The position numbers and the translations under genes were made by a program. From NCBI GenBank assembly GCA_010909165.1, contig MU008159.1, positions 1,116,001 through 1,180,000 of the forward strand: a stretch of 64,000 bases of DNA. The letters are read 5' to 3'. Positions 48,395-61,066 of this stretch are shown here, piece by piece (position 1 is the first letter of the stretch; each line of letters begins with the position of its first letter). The DNA is from Anthoceros angustus (Eukaryota > Plantae > Anthocerotophyta). The notes under the pieces are model-generated. The model saw only the letters and a program-made list of their open reading frames with translations, ran no database searches and was not told the DNA's origin.

Positions 48395-51300
48395 ATGGGC
48401 GGTCCATCTGTGCCGGGCTTCATCGTCCTTCTGCTGCTTTTAGGCTCCTCCCCGACTTTGATTCCACCTGCATTCGCACAGGATGGTAAGCTCACAGGCA
48501 ATGCGATGCAACGTGATGGCGGCCAGAACGCATTTTTCACGTAATTTGCTCACCGAAGTGTGCTTTTGGTTGCTCGCACATTACACCCCGCTTGTCTGTC
48601 TCTCGCTCCAGGGTTCACCAGCATCGACTGTGGCACCTCAGCTGCTCCCCGCTTCGATGAGCTCACAAGCATTACTTGGGTGGGAGATCAGGGCTACGTT
48701 TTCACTGGGAGTACGGGCGTTGTTATGCCCTCTCTTGTTCCAGTGGAACTGCAGACGCTGAGGTTCTTCCCAGGCAACGTGACCCCGGCCAAAAATTGTT
48801 ATACATTGCCTGTGCAGCCCGGCAAGGCCTACCTTGTGCGGGCAGGATTTTTTCACGGCAACTATGACTTGAGAGGATCACCTAGTGTCCATTTCCAGGT
48901 GCGGCAGTTTGACACTTACATGGGCGTTATAATACTCTTGCCGCTGTCTTGATGGAAGCTCGTTTTACAGATAGCATTGGACAGTACACCTTGGAAGAAT
49001 ATCAGCATTGACAGTTGGAATGAGGTGCCTGTGTACTACGAGGCCATCATAGGACCGGTTGCTTCTACTGTGAGTGTGTGCCTGATTCGGACAGAAGTCA
49101 GCAGCTCCCCCTTCATCAACTCCCTTGAGCTCAGGCTGCTCCCACCTTCAACCTATTTAGAGGGCCTTAGTGATGCGAACTTGTATCTCATAAGTCGAGC
49201 CAACTTCGGCGAGCTCAACAGGACCATCCGGTAACATTCTGCCTCTGCCTCACAATTCTTATGCTTCCCTTCTTGGCTGCTTTTAGGCTGGGTGTCAACT
49301 CTGTGAATCAGCTCCAGCACTTCTGTACTAGCGTTTGTGAGATTTGTTCTAAGAGCTTGTGGACTGTCATGGCAGGTTTCCAGATGATTCAACAGACAGA
49401 ATCTGGCCGCCTTACTTGAAAGTTTTCCCGGAGCTAGCTTCTCAGGGAACTCCTATATCGGCTTCCCAGACCGTTGTGAATGACAACCAGTTTGAGATAA
49501 ATGATCCTCCTTTAGCCGTCATGCAAACTGCCCTCACGGGTCAATCTTTAAGCTGGTCCCGTCCTCTGCCACCTGGTCCCAAAGTTGTTGTTGGCTGGAT
49601 CTATTTTGCAGATTATGATGCTACTCGGTCCCCATTTGACGTGTAAGTACTATTGAGAAAGCAGCTGCTTTGGTTGGAGGGCCTACGGGCTCACATGCTA
49701 TTGCTTCTTTAACACCACACAACTTTTTCAGTTTGGAGGTAGAAGGAATGTTGTCAAGGCACGGACAATTTGCAACTGATGGTATTGTGCTTACTTCTTA
49801 TGTGGCAGGCGATCACTGCTGCTGGCTCTTAATTGGAACCCCGGGGAATGGTATTTCAACCTAACAGGTTTACCATCCTACTATACAGTTGCATTGCCGT
49901 ATCCTTTGGGCGATGCAGGATACCTTGATGCCTTCGACAGCTGGGTCACGACTTTTATGAGAGATGGGGCATCAAACTTCGAGGCCATAGTTAGTGCAGA
50001 AGAGCTGTACCTCGTTGAGACATTGATGGAAAACACAGATACAGATGATGGTAAGGACTTTCTTGTCCCAAGTTGCCTCACCAGTTATGTGCAATGTGCC
50101 TGTTTCGGCTGATCTACTGGAACTTGTGCCTGATCGTCTTTGAATGCAGTGACTGCATTGCTGAACATTAAGCAAGCCTTTGGCTTTGAACAGTGGTCGG
50201 GCGATCCATGCTATCCTATCCCATGGGATGAAGTTTTGTGTACTAAAAACAGAGTCACTGCTTTGTGAGCTGTCAACCGCTTAATTTATCTTGATGTAAA
50301 GTTCGTGCACTTTGGTGGACTAACTTGCACAAAGTTGGCTCGGACTGATGCTTGAATTTTGTTTGTTTGTTCAACTTGTGAGCAGAGATTTGTCCAATAA
50401 GGGTCTGTCTGGTCCTGTTCCATCGAGCATTGCAGGCCTGGCTCTCCTTTTAAACCTGTATGTCAATGGTGTCATAAGTTTCCAAGTGCAAGTTTAAAGT
50501 TTTGGAAGACAAGATGACTAATGTTTATGGTGCAGAGCTGCAATTTGCTAGTTTCCGGTCTTGCAGTTTGTGGCCTTCTGTGCTGACATCAAGGCTGATT
50601 TTTTGTTGAATTTTGCTATTTTCACGTGCAGTAATATCTCCAACAACCAGCTAACGGGCTCCTTCCCATCCTGGGTCACAAGCTTGCCTCTCCAGAAGCT
50701 GTGAGTAGTCGTTTCAAGCTCCCAAGTTTGGAACTGTTGTGACGCTCCGTATCTAACTCCTCCTGCTCTCAAACTTATGCACTAGTGAAATCATCGCCTC
50801 TTGCAGGGATGTTTCAAACAATCAGTTGACTGGCACCTTCCCCTCATCGCTGACTCAACTTGGAGCAAATTTCAGGTGGCTTATTTGTGTCAGTGCGAAT
50901 TGCCACAAACATACCAAGCACCCTGCGTAGCAACAGCTGAGATATCTATATGACCTCTAAATGTGGAAATCTCGATGGCAGATACTTTGGGAATTCTCAG
51001 CTTGTGTGTGTACCAGATGTGACTGGCAGCATTCCGTGCCCTGGTTCCCCACCTCCATCTGCTCAAGTGGCTTCAGTGCCTGGTCCATCGGAACCGGGAA
51101 AAGGCAGTTCGAGCCGCGTTGTTGGAGTTGTCTTCGGAATTGTGTTCACTGTTCTGGCCATCGTAATTGTGGTGGCCCTTACCATTTTTTATTGTCAACG
51201 GCAGAAAAAGCGGCATGTTATGGTACCTCCTGCAGCAGGTCAGTGGGAGAAGACATGATTTTGTGGTTCTGAAGCTCCTCTCAAAATGGCTCTTTATTTA

Positions 51301-52837
51301 CAAGCATCCCTTTGCGATCCGCAGCTATTTCTAGTGGGATCTGAATACCAGGAGTTTGTTTCATGTGATGGATGTAGACTCATCGAGGGCCCATACTGAA
51401 GATGTCCAGATGCAGTCTTTTCATCTTTTACAGCCAAATCCTCTGGGTGGAGGAAGAGCAAGACCATTTACCCTTGCAGAAATTGAAGCTGCGACCAACA
51501 CCTACTCTAGAAAGATAGGAGTGGGTGGATTTGGGCCTGTTTATTATGGAGTTCTGGAAGGCCAAAAGGAGATCGCAGTGAAGTTCCTGTCCAGCACCTC
51601 TCAGCAGGGCCAGAAAGAGTTTCTCAATGAGGTAATCCTTAGAGAGATCGAAAGTGAGACGTGGTCAGATCTTACCAATTGCAATGGCATGCATACTTAC
51701 GACGGCAAATGTCAGCAGATTCAACTTCTCTCAACAGTTTATCATAGAAACTTGGTTCCTATGGTAGGCTACTGTCAAGAATCAACGGAGCTGATTCTCG
51801 TGTACGAATACATGTCCGGAGGAAGTCTGCACAGCCGACTATTTGGTACTTACAGTACGTCGAGAGTGTCTCAATACCACAATCTTGTCACATGAATTCT
51901 GAAGCTTAACAAGGTACTCGCAGGCTCTTCTGCAGCATCCTTTCCCCTAAGCTGGAGGCAAAGACTTCAAATTGCCCTGGAAGCTGCCAGGGGTAAGAAG
52001 TTGTGTCGGTGCACATCCTCTGCTTACTGGAACAGGCCCAGCCAGCGTCTACAATTTGTGTGTTGCCTTGAGCAGGGCTGGAGTACCTTCACCACTACTG
52101 CAAACCTGCCATAATACACCGCGATGTGAAATGTGCCAACATTCTTCTCACCAATACGCTGGAAGTCAAGATCACCGACTTCGGGTACTCGAAGCTTACT
52201 ACGGACGGGGCAGACCACGTTACCACGGAAGTCAGGGGAACCAAGGGCTACGTCGATCCAGAGTACGTGCACCTTTGCTAGCCTCTGGTGTGGAAGAAAC
52301 TATGTTAGGTCTGACAAGCCTGTTTCCAAATTGTGCAGGTACAGCCATTCGGGCTTGCTCACAGACAAGAGTGATGTGTACAGCTTTGGGATTGTGTTGC
52401 TGGAACTCGTCACTGGCAAACCTGCCCTTGACGAGGCTCAGGAGACACCGGTGGAGTTGAAGTTTATCGTCAACTGGGTAAGAACCAACAGCTGTGGGAG
52501 TTAAGAGTGTCTGCTGCGGATCACTGACACGCATCCGGGTGTCGTGACTCAGGTGCGGTCTGAAGTGAACAAAGGAGACCTGGGCAGAATTGTGGCCCCT
52601 GTGCTGCCTGTGAATTACTCCGTAGACGCGGCATGGAAGCTTGTAGAAGTTGCCTTGACGTGCGTGGAGGGCAGCGGTGCCAGAAGACCCACGATGATGC
52701 AGGTCGTGCGGGAGCTCACGGAAGTGCTGGAAATGGAGATGAGCACCAGTGCCCGTAGCACCTCCAGCGTGCCCGATCCCACACTCTACATTGGCAACAC
52801 GAATCCCCAAAGCTCCCAGGACCTTGTTCCTAGATGA
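48395..52837 (+). CDS. Malectin-like domain LRR receptor-like kinase (LRR-I), paralog of 1141-5549
   Basis: Signal peptide [17 protein letters not shown]...[45 protein letters not shown] and [11 protein letters not shown]. Three single-LRR exons and a TM. Kinase motifs [26 protein letters not shown] and [10 protein letters not shown]. It ends in VPR*. Confidence 0.93.
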
Positions 52838-53150
52838 GCACACTAATTGCTGTATTCTAAGTGGATGGCATGGATTGTCTGTCCACAAACCCAAAACTGG
52901 GCACTGTACTACATTCATGGAGTGGAGTGCCCCATACACACGAACACGACACGAGATGTACAACCAACGAACACCCGAGGGAGGAAACGTCTGAAACACA
53001 ACTGCTTTTGCCACACGTGGATTTGTGCATTCGAAGATTAGGGTCAGCTGCATAAAAAGACAAGCTTTTGATGATGAAGTGGTTAGGGCTCCTACTCTGC
53101 ATGCATGTCAATGATGAGGACTGACTGCCGTGACGACGGTACACCGCTCG

Positions 53151-54960
53151 TCAGCATTGATCCTTGTCCTCGTCATCCGATCCGCCTTGTGAACTGGCGA
53201 GCTTCTTGTCCCACTCTTTTAACTCTGTCTTAGGCCATTCTTGAATCTCTTTGGCCGCTTCCATGTCTTCTTCTGATTGCTCCACCGTAGACTTCTTCTC
53301 TCGTTCATCCGAACGCCTCTGAGGACAAACAACAGCTCGTGAAGAAACCCTTTTGCCACAAAATACGAAGGAAATCCCTCAAGTGAAACCTGTACTTTTT
53401 CCACCTCCTTGCCTACTTGCCTTTCCCTCGGCCTGTCTACTGAAAGCCGGAAGGTTTTCAAGCTGTCGCTTGACTTGTGACAGTGGCTTATCAAAAAAAG
53501 AGAATCCTCCCGGTGTGTTCTCCAGCTTTTTGTCCAGATAGGGCCCATCTGTCAGCTCTGTACTTGCACTATTCGTATCAAGCTGGACATTCCAAACAAC
53601 GAGTTGGCTGGATAAGTGAAAGAACCCGACATATTCATTCGCATGATCAACCATGAAGTAGTGTTATGCCTTGCAAAACTGGTACTGAAGCCAATAAAAA
53701 CAGCATAATGGCATACATAGAACAGATGCCAATGCTCCAAAACAGCATGCCCATACTCCAAATGAGACCCATGACGCTGTCCAAGTCTATACCCTACGAT
53801 CCGTGACAATCTGACAACAGCAGAAACAAATGATAATGAATGGAAAAGTCATGGCCCAGAAAAGTGCGATCAGGCAAGGGGGGGAGATGGAGCTGACCGT
53901 ACCTGCACATGGACTATACAGGCAACCAGACTGGCCAAAGGTAGCCAACTTTCGTCCGGCGATAGGGAGAAGTCATTCCTAGAGACAGAAAATATCAACT
54001 CAAGATAAGTACATCAGCTGACGGACGAGAGCTCTCACAATGACCTTGTATAATGGCTTCTTCTATGCAGAAACCTCACAACATGCTCCCCCACAACAAA
54101 AGCTGACCAAGAATCATGTTCGGCAAGTGAAGATCACGTTACAATCACTTGAGCATACTTGAGATAAGGTGTAGCATAGACTACTGCATAGACCAAATAT
54201 CGCGTCCTTCTTGTGTCCAACCATGCAAACACCCATGCCTGCAAAAGCACAGGAGCACCACAGCACCAAGAAATGGGTCACTACTCATCCTGTACATACA
54301 AGAGACCAACTGGAGAAGATCTGTCTTGCCAAGCATATTCCCCACTTGAAAGATGCTTTAGCGCTGGTATAGCTAACGTGCACAAGGCTGGCCACGTTTC
54401 CAGACTTCTTTCATCAGGGTCAAGAAGCCTTTACCAACCAGTTGAAGAAGGGGATGAAGCTGATAATCCCCATGGCCGCAGACCGAATATCATCGGCGCC
54501 ACCTGAGCTATCCTTGCTGTCGTCTGCACCACTTACATCTCCGTCAGGGGGTAGGAAGAGACTGCTTGCCACACACGCGCTAATGGCTATGGCAATTGGC
54601 AGATCATCTTCCAGGGCCGCGTGACACTTCCCCCTCCGCCGCTGATTCAGCTGCTCTCCACATAAAAAACAAATTCATGCTCAGCAACACGCGGCATCAT
54701 GCAGCACCTGCAGGAAATTATGCGACCACGCACATTAGTCCACACCTTTGGCCCCTGCCACTTCAGCCTGCACCCTCGCAGTTTGATTCCCCCCTGCCGG
54801 AATTTCTCTGCAGACAAAGGAGAGAGTTTTAAGAACCTCAGATATCCTCAGCCAAGAATTCTCCCAACCCGCAACAAGGCAGGCTTTCGTACGTGGAGCC
54901 GCGACAGAGCCGATGGGGAAGCAGTCCGGAGATATCCGCATCAAATGCACCTGCGCCATG
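53151..54960 (-). CDS. Conserved plant membrane protein of unknown function (At5g41960-like), multi-exon; start uncertain
   Basis: Spliced exons give DDIRSAAMGIISFIPFFNWL|AWVFAWLDTRRTRYLVYAVVYATPYLK|NDFSLSPDESWLPLASLVACIVHVQ|LDTN...AEGK|RRSDE...ELKEWDKKL...DQC*. The last intron (53420-53319) needs a GC donor. The family match is from memory of the motif. Confidence 0.75.
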
Positions 54961-55419
54961 GCCTGTCTCGGCGCTCGAGAGCTGATCCTATTTCCCCCTG
55001 ACCGCTCCAAGTGGCCCTCGACCTAGCCACGATCTTCACCTCTCAGAACGCACTCCAGCGGACAGCATGCAGAACAAGAAACCCTCCCATCACTAAGGCG
55101 AATGTTGCCATGGCCGAAAAGCACGGCCACGGCAGGGCTGTCGGCTATGAAGCGGCCAGCTGATGATGTACATGGCATGCACTGGCAGCCTTGAGTGGTG
55201 CGGGCCACAATGGACATGCCCCAAGATCTGCGCACTTGCTGGATTCCTTGCGCCATTAACGAAGCCTAACCCCAGTAATTATTTACCTGTACAGAATGTA
55301 GACAATTTTCGGACCAGATGATAATCGGCCTCCATTTCGGTGACACCAATCCTTCTCCTGTCGGTTTCTTTTACCAACGGCTGCTCTTCAGCTGAAGCAC
55401 CGTTCAAGAGGCAGCGGGG

Positions 55420-55447
55420 AGCCCTAATCTAAAGCCCTAAACCCTTG
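55420..55447. promoter_or_regulatory. Telo-box-like motifs in a short divergent promoter
   Basis: GCCCTAATCTAAAGCCCTAAACCCT lies between head-to-head genes. A similar AAACCCTAAA occurs at ~39341 upstream of the CCCH/G-patch gene. Confidence 0.4.
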
Positions 55448-55645
55448 ATCATCTCCTATGCCGCTTCTCAATCCTGTAGAACAGTTGCAGAGGTGACCAT
55501 CTAACATGGGTGAGCTGTGGATCGTCGGGCTTGTCTCTCTCCATCCTCATCTTGTTAGGTCGGATGCTGCAATTGGGCATGATTTTACATTGTCGCTGAG
55601 CGTTCCAGGTGGATTTGCCAGGCGGTGAATGTTTGTCGAGCAAAG

Positions 55646-57898
55646 ATGAGCAGGTGGAGCACCAGGCTCGGAAAGCATATAGCATGGAATGTCGTGGTCT
55701 CGTGTTGGAGGGACTGGCAGGGGCAATGGTGCATAGTGGCAACAGATTTAGAGCGGGCATCTCGTCTATATGACTTGCACGTTTGTGGAGCCAGAGGCCT
55801 GAGCACGTTGGAGGCCGGCAATGTGCGGTGTTTGCAAGGCTCTCGAGTGGAGCCCATTCCTCCCGCCGGACATTCTGGCATCGGAAGGGGTTCCCGGTTT
55901 CTAACAACAGACCGGGATGGTGTGGAAGGAGCCCCAGGATCAGAGGCAGCTGTTAGCCACAGTGTGGGGAACAAGGAGCAAGGTGACAGGCTAGTGGCTC
56001 CTGTGAAATCTTGCATACCGGTGCGGGAGGCAGCCGGCGTTGCTCGCCCGCGGAAGGATGTCCATAGCGTTTTGAAAGTACTGGGACGGCCCTGGGAACC
56101 CGAGGTGGCGCAGCAGCTTGCGGATCTGGACTTGAAGTTGGAACATGAGCTTGTCCACGAGGTGCTGGTGGCTAGGAAGCATGACCCGAAGCTGGCAGTG
56201 GAGTTTTTCATGTGGGCCAGAGCGCAGGGGTATGCACCTCGTGTGAGCGATTATTTGAGCGTGCTTCCGGGCTGCGTTAGAGCTGGCGAGATAGGCACAG
56301 TCCAGGTTGTGTTGGAAGACATGCTCGGGGCTGGTCATCCCATGTCTCTGCATATCTTCCGCCTTCTTTTCTTTGCTTTCTCCGCGACGAAGAGAGGTGA
56401 TTTAGCGCTGGCGGCAATGGATCAGATGGAGGCCTTCCATTGCAAGCCCGATGCTCCAATATATCATTCCTTCTACGCTGCCGTTATCGGAGAAGAGAGC
56501 GACTTGCCCGGGCTGTTTAAGACACTGGCAGCCAAGGGCCATTTTGCAGCTCCCGAGCATCTGTATTGTTTTCTCGCCAGATGTACGAGCAGTGGGAACG
56601 TGGGTCATGCAGGTACTTTGTATCGCCAACTGAAAGAAGAGAAGGTGAAACTGAGCAGTAATTGCTATGCCGTGCTTTTGATGTTCCTTGCTAAAGCGGG
56701 ATTGAAAGAGAAGGCTGCCAATCTTTACGAGGAGGGGAATGCTGCGGGCTGGGGTGACCAGAACGAGGGGTGTAGAAACATGTTGGTACAGTATCTGGTC
56801 CAAGCGGGTGACCTGAATGAGGCAAGGAAGCTGATTGACCGATCGCTCGAAGAAGGTGTTCGGATCAGGTCACCTGTAGGTACGAACGCCATCCTTGCCT
56901 TCGGATCGGCAGGCCGTATTAAGGAAGCCTCAGCTCTGTATCACGATCTGCGGAAAGGAGGGTCGAGGTTCCTGGACGAGCAGATTGTGGAACCATTGCT
57001 TAGTCTTTTCTGCAAAGGGTTCATGGCAGAAGCCTGCGACATCAGTGCGGCAGAAAGCATCTGGGGAGACTTGAAGAAACGGAGGAAGCCGAGCGTAGAC
57101 TTATGCTCCACAGTCATTGAGATTATGGGCAAGGGGCCTCGAGGTGACGCTGTGATGTGGGCAGTGTATCAGGAGGTGAGAAGCAGTCGGCTTGATATTG
57201 AGGACCCAGAGACTTACAACATATTGATACATAGATTTTGCCAGACAGGCAAGGCGGATGAGGCGCTTCTGCTCGTAAAAGAAATGTGGAAGAAGCAACT
57301 AGACTGCCATGCAGATCTGTACAAAATGCTGGTGCAGCGTTTAGCTAGGGAGGGCAAGACCTCTGTAGTTGGGGATCTCATTGCAAGTATGAAAGAAAAT
57401 CAGGTGTCCATGGACGGTTCCTTCTACGAGGTGCTTGCCGAAGGGCTGTGTGAAGCAGGTCAACTCCAAGATGCTGAGGACGTTCTCAAGAGAGTGAGTG
57501 GTCTTGGTGAGGAGCTGCAGTCCAGGATATATGCCGCAATGATCAGGGGGTTCGGCAAGGTAGGTGACAAGGAGGCAGGCCTTAGATTGTTTGAAAGGTC
57601 ACAAGGAGAAGAGGGGCTTCAGGAAGTGGTGGTCTACAATGCGGCACTTCATACCCTTGCTAGCACAGGACGTGCCGATGAGGTCTTGACCTTCTACGAG
57701 AACATGAAGCAGAAAGGTCTGGCTCTTGATGTGGCGAGTTACACTGCCGTCATCAGGTGCCTAGGAGATACAGACAGGTTTCTTGAAGCCTCTAAGTTAT
57801 TTGCAGAGATGAAGAGAAGTGGCTGTGTTCCCACCAGCGACACGTATCAGGTGCTTTCTGAGATGCCACCAGCTGCATTCAAAATGATCTTGATGTAG
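55646..57898 (+). CDS. P-class pentatricopeptide repeat protein (intronless ORF)
   Basis: LAVEFFMWARAQ and degenerate-to-canonical PPR motifs such as TYNILIHRFCQTGKADEALLLVKEM, VYNAALHTLASTGRADEVLTFYENM and SYTAVIRCLGDTDRFLEASKLFAEMKRSGCVP. Confidence 0.9.
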   Translation: MSRWSTRLGKHIAWNVVVSCWRDWQGQWCIVATDLERASRLYDLHVCGARGLSTLEAGNVRCLQGSRVEPIPPAGHSGIGRGSRFLTTDRDGVEGAPGSEAAVSHSVGNKEQGDRLVAPVKSCIPVREAAGVARPRKDVHSVLKVLGRPWEPEVAQQLADLDLKLEHELVHEVLVARKHDPKLAVEFFMWARAQGYAPRVSDYLSVLPGCVRAGEIGTVQVVLEDMLGAGHPMSLHIFRLLFFAFSATKRGDLALAAMDQMEAFHCKPDAPIYHSFYAAVIGEESDLPGLFKTLAAKGHFAAPEHLYCFLARCTSSGNVGHAGTLYRQLKEEKVKLSSNCYAVLLMFLAKAGLKEKAANLYEEGNAAGWGDQNEGCRNMLVQYLVQAGDLNEARKLIDRSLEEGVRIRSPVGTNAILAFGSAGRIKEASALYHDLRKGGSRFLDEQIVEPLLSLFCKGFMAEACDISAAESIWGDLKKRRKPSVDLCSTVIEIMGKGPRGDAVMWAVYQEVRSSRLDIEDPETYNILIHRFCQTGKADEALLLVKEMWKKQLDCHADLYKMLVQRLAREGKTSVVGDLIASMKENQVSMDGSFYEVLAEGLCEAGQLQDAEDVLKRVSGLGEELQSRIYAAMIRGFGKVGDKEAGLRLFERSQGEEGLQEVVVYNAALHTLASTGRADEVLTFYENMKQKGLALDVASYTAVIRCLGDTDRFLEASKLFAEMKRSGCVPTSDTYQVLSEMPPAAFKMILM

Positions 57899-58644
57899 AT
57901 GTATGGCACTAAAATCTTCAAAGCATTCGTCATCGTCAAAATCCGGGTCCTTCAAGAGGAGAGATGATTCCACCTCATCCCACAACTCTTCAACGCCATG
58001 TCTGACATGAGTGTGGTATACCCTCAGAGAATATTAATATGCGCTCCGAGAATATTAATGTCTCTTTGCGGTGATGTCTTCTGTACTAACGCGTGGAGGT
58101 CACCAGCCCTCTTGTCTGATCATTTTTTTGGACTTCTGATCCACGATTAGGACTGCTGATGCTTGGAGCAGAATCAGAAATATGGAGCAGGGCAGACTCC
58201 TCAGTCCCAATGCTGGACAAGTTCACTGGTCATTTGCCGAAGAAGCACGGAAGCACGGAAAAGGAGGACAGTCAGCCCTGCTCCCCTTCGAACGGGGAAA
58301 CGTCACACGTATGTGAAAAATACACTCGAATTGGCCACACAGGTTTGCGTGAATCTTGCCACCAGTCAGCCCAACGTCGATGGACTCAAGTCTCGGATGG
58401 TCGGCAGATAATGAAACGGAACTGAGCCAGTCAAACATATTTGACTCCAGGCTTCAAGCTAAAGTGATGAATATAATGGATGTTTCTTGTGGGGGAGGGG
58501 AGCGAAAGATCAAGATAAGCTCTCTGTCAAAGAGATTTTGTCAGATGGAGGCTTAGGCAAGGTGCGAAGTGCAAGAGAAGCTCTCTTTGTCGGAGTGGTT
58601 TGCCTATGAGTTTCGGAGTACATGACAAATAGGTCTCAGGCACG

Positions 58645-58775
58645 TTCTCAATTTTGTAGAGGCATTAGAGGCACCGGAGGGATTCTTAGGGTTCTCAATT
58701 TTGTAGAGGCACTGGAGGGATTCTTAGGGTTCTCAATTTTGTAGAGGCATTAGAAGCACTGAAGGGATTCTTAGG
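58645..58775. repeat. Tandem repeat x3 (TTCTCAATTTTGTAGAGGCA...GGGATTCTTAGG), unit ~38-48 bp
   Basis: Three copies; the middle one is internally deleted. Confidence 0.85.
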
Positions 58776-58794
58776 TACCAACTTGAGATAAGCA

Positions 58795-59430
58795 TGTTTG
58801 ATGAGCCATCTGAGAAGAGAATGCTTAATGAACCATTTATTCTGATATGAGAATATTTGATATGGCTCATCAAACATTCTGACATGAGAATATTTGATGA
58901 GAATATTTGATGAGCCATATAAGGAGGAGGGTGTATGCTACGATGTTTGATGAGCCATACAAGGAGGAGGGTGGCGATGTTTGATGAGCCATACAAGGAG
59001 GATGAGCCATACAAGGAGGATGAGCCATACAAGGAGGAGGGTGGTGATGTTTGATGAGCCATACAAGGAGGAGGGTGGTGATGTTTGATGAGCCATACAA
59101 GGAGGAGGGTGTCTGCTGCGATTCCGACTATGAGCCATACAAGGAGGAGGGTATCCGACTATGAGCCATACAAGGAGGAGGTATTTGCTGCAATTCCGAC
59201 TATAAGCCATACAAGGAGGAGGGTATTTGCTGCAATTCCGACTATAAGCCATACAAGGAGGAGGGTGTCTGCTGCGTGCGATTCCGACTATAATGGCTAC
59301 GCAATATCAAAGAGAAGAAACAAATATCTTTTGCGATTCTGATTATAAGCCATACGAGGAGGAGAGTGTCTGCTGCGATTCCGACTATAATGGCTACGCA
59401 ATATCAAAGAGAAGGAACAAATATCTTTTT
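58795..59430. repeat. Composite minisatellite built on a GAGCCATACAAGGAGGAGG core
   Basis: More than 10 core copies with changing flanks: GATGTTTGAT at the left end, GCTGCGATTCCGACTAT at the right end. Confidence 0.9.
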
Positions 59431-61066
59431 CCTCGCATCGAGGCACTTGTAATCTAGAAGAGAATATGCCTTCTTATATCTTTAAACACAGCCTTCCAAT
59501 TATACGTATTTTACAATGTATTGTAAAATAAGAAGTGAAAGGCAAGAGATAAGTGCTACCGAGAAGGATTTGTAGGATATATCATTATAACATATTATAA
59601 TATATATGAAATCATCAAATCTTTCATTAGAGTGTAGATTAAAAATATATAGAAGAAATATAATATAGATAAAATCCATCATGTCATGTGAAAGTCTAAT
59701 TTTGAATAAATTCGATAATATAAGGTTCAACATCTTCCCATTTTGCTATGGGTGTGCCAAACTCTGTGTCATTCCTATATTGAAGGATATTTCTTCCTTA
59801 ACATAATAATCATAATCATCATTATTTGGTGGATAGTCTCACTTGATAGGGAACTTGGTCCTAAGTAGGTATGATTACTGATTTTCAAGTACATTTAATT
59901 GCATAGTTATCATTTCTTCATGTATATTCTTCTTCATCGTCTCTTCATGTCTATTCCCACCAAAGTCTCTACTAGGCTGCACATAGGTAGTGATATGGGT
60001 TAATCAAATATGTTTTCCTATGTGGTTTGATTGAACCTATGGGACTTGAGTCAAGGACTTTTAATAAATTTATAAGTCTTGTGCCAAAGCCGATCATGCT
60101 CATAGGCATGGTGCGAGGCTTTCTCTTTCATACTTCATGACATCCTTTCAGTGCTCAATGTGTGTCCATGGACCTCTAAAGTTCCCTCCAAGGTTGATTT
60201 GCTTAAAGAATTGATTTGAGTCGGTCACGTATGTGCATTGCTTTCTAAGCTTGGTCCACTTAAATAAAAAAAACTAGTGATAAAGTCCACTTAAATAATT
60301 GAATTAAGTCGATTTTGGATTGAAAAACCAAACATGAATAGGATCCTCATCCTAGTAGCGATATGTGCCTCATGAATTGAATTGAGTTGATTTTCAAGTG
60401 TAACACTAAACATGAGTAGGATCCTCATCCCGATAGTGATCCCTCTTAAGGGGCTTAACTGTGGGGTTCTAATCGGCTCATGTTTGACCATAGGATTTAA
60501 CAAACATATGCCCGTGTGAGAGAGTTATTACTTAGGTCATGAATAGCTTGAAACTTGTTAGGAAACTACAAGTTTGCTAGGAAGCTAAAGGCTTGCTATA
60601 CTATCAAGTACATATGGTTTGAATTGAAGCTACCATTGTCTTAAACATAATGCATGCTTAGTAACTGTACTAGTGAAATAAGATAAAAAGGTGAAAAATT
60701 AAAAGAGGTAAAAAACACTAGTTAGTAGCTGCCTAGTTAAGGCCAAAATAAGGGCTAGAGCAAGGGCTTTGAGAATTCATCATCATTTGAGCTCATGGTG
60801 TGCTACAAGCTTTGTGTTGAGATTGCTGTGGAGAGCCTAGCTAGTGAGCTTGTCGTTGAGTCAAGGCCAATACTACCATACGGTGTAGATAACTAGACTT
60901 AAGTGTGTATTTCTACGAATAAAGAGTACAACCTCCTCGCAATAGCCAGTTTGGAGTAGATAGCTAGACTCAAGTGTGTATTGGTCAAACGGTCACCTTA
61001 AATCAAAACCGGTGTAGTTTATGAAACAAAACTTTTGTAGATCTTATGCAATATACTTTCAGAAAA

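Noticed and set aside
58159-58556. Possible extra 3' exons of the second PPR gene
   Set aside because: I could not find a phase-compatible splice path from the PPR ORF, which already has its own stop codon.
58733-59342. ORFs with PPPCMAH / SSLYGSS repeats
   Set aside because: They are translations of the minisatellite, with no gene structure.
60440-61000. Possible LTR remnant upstream of IFT81
   Set aside because: No clear TG...CA pair, PBS or target-site duplication could be identified by eye.
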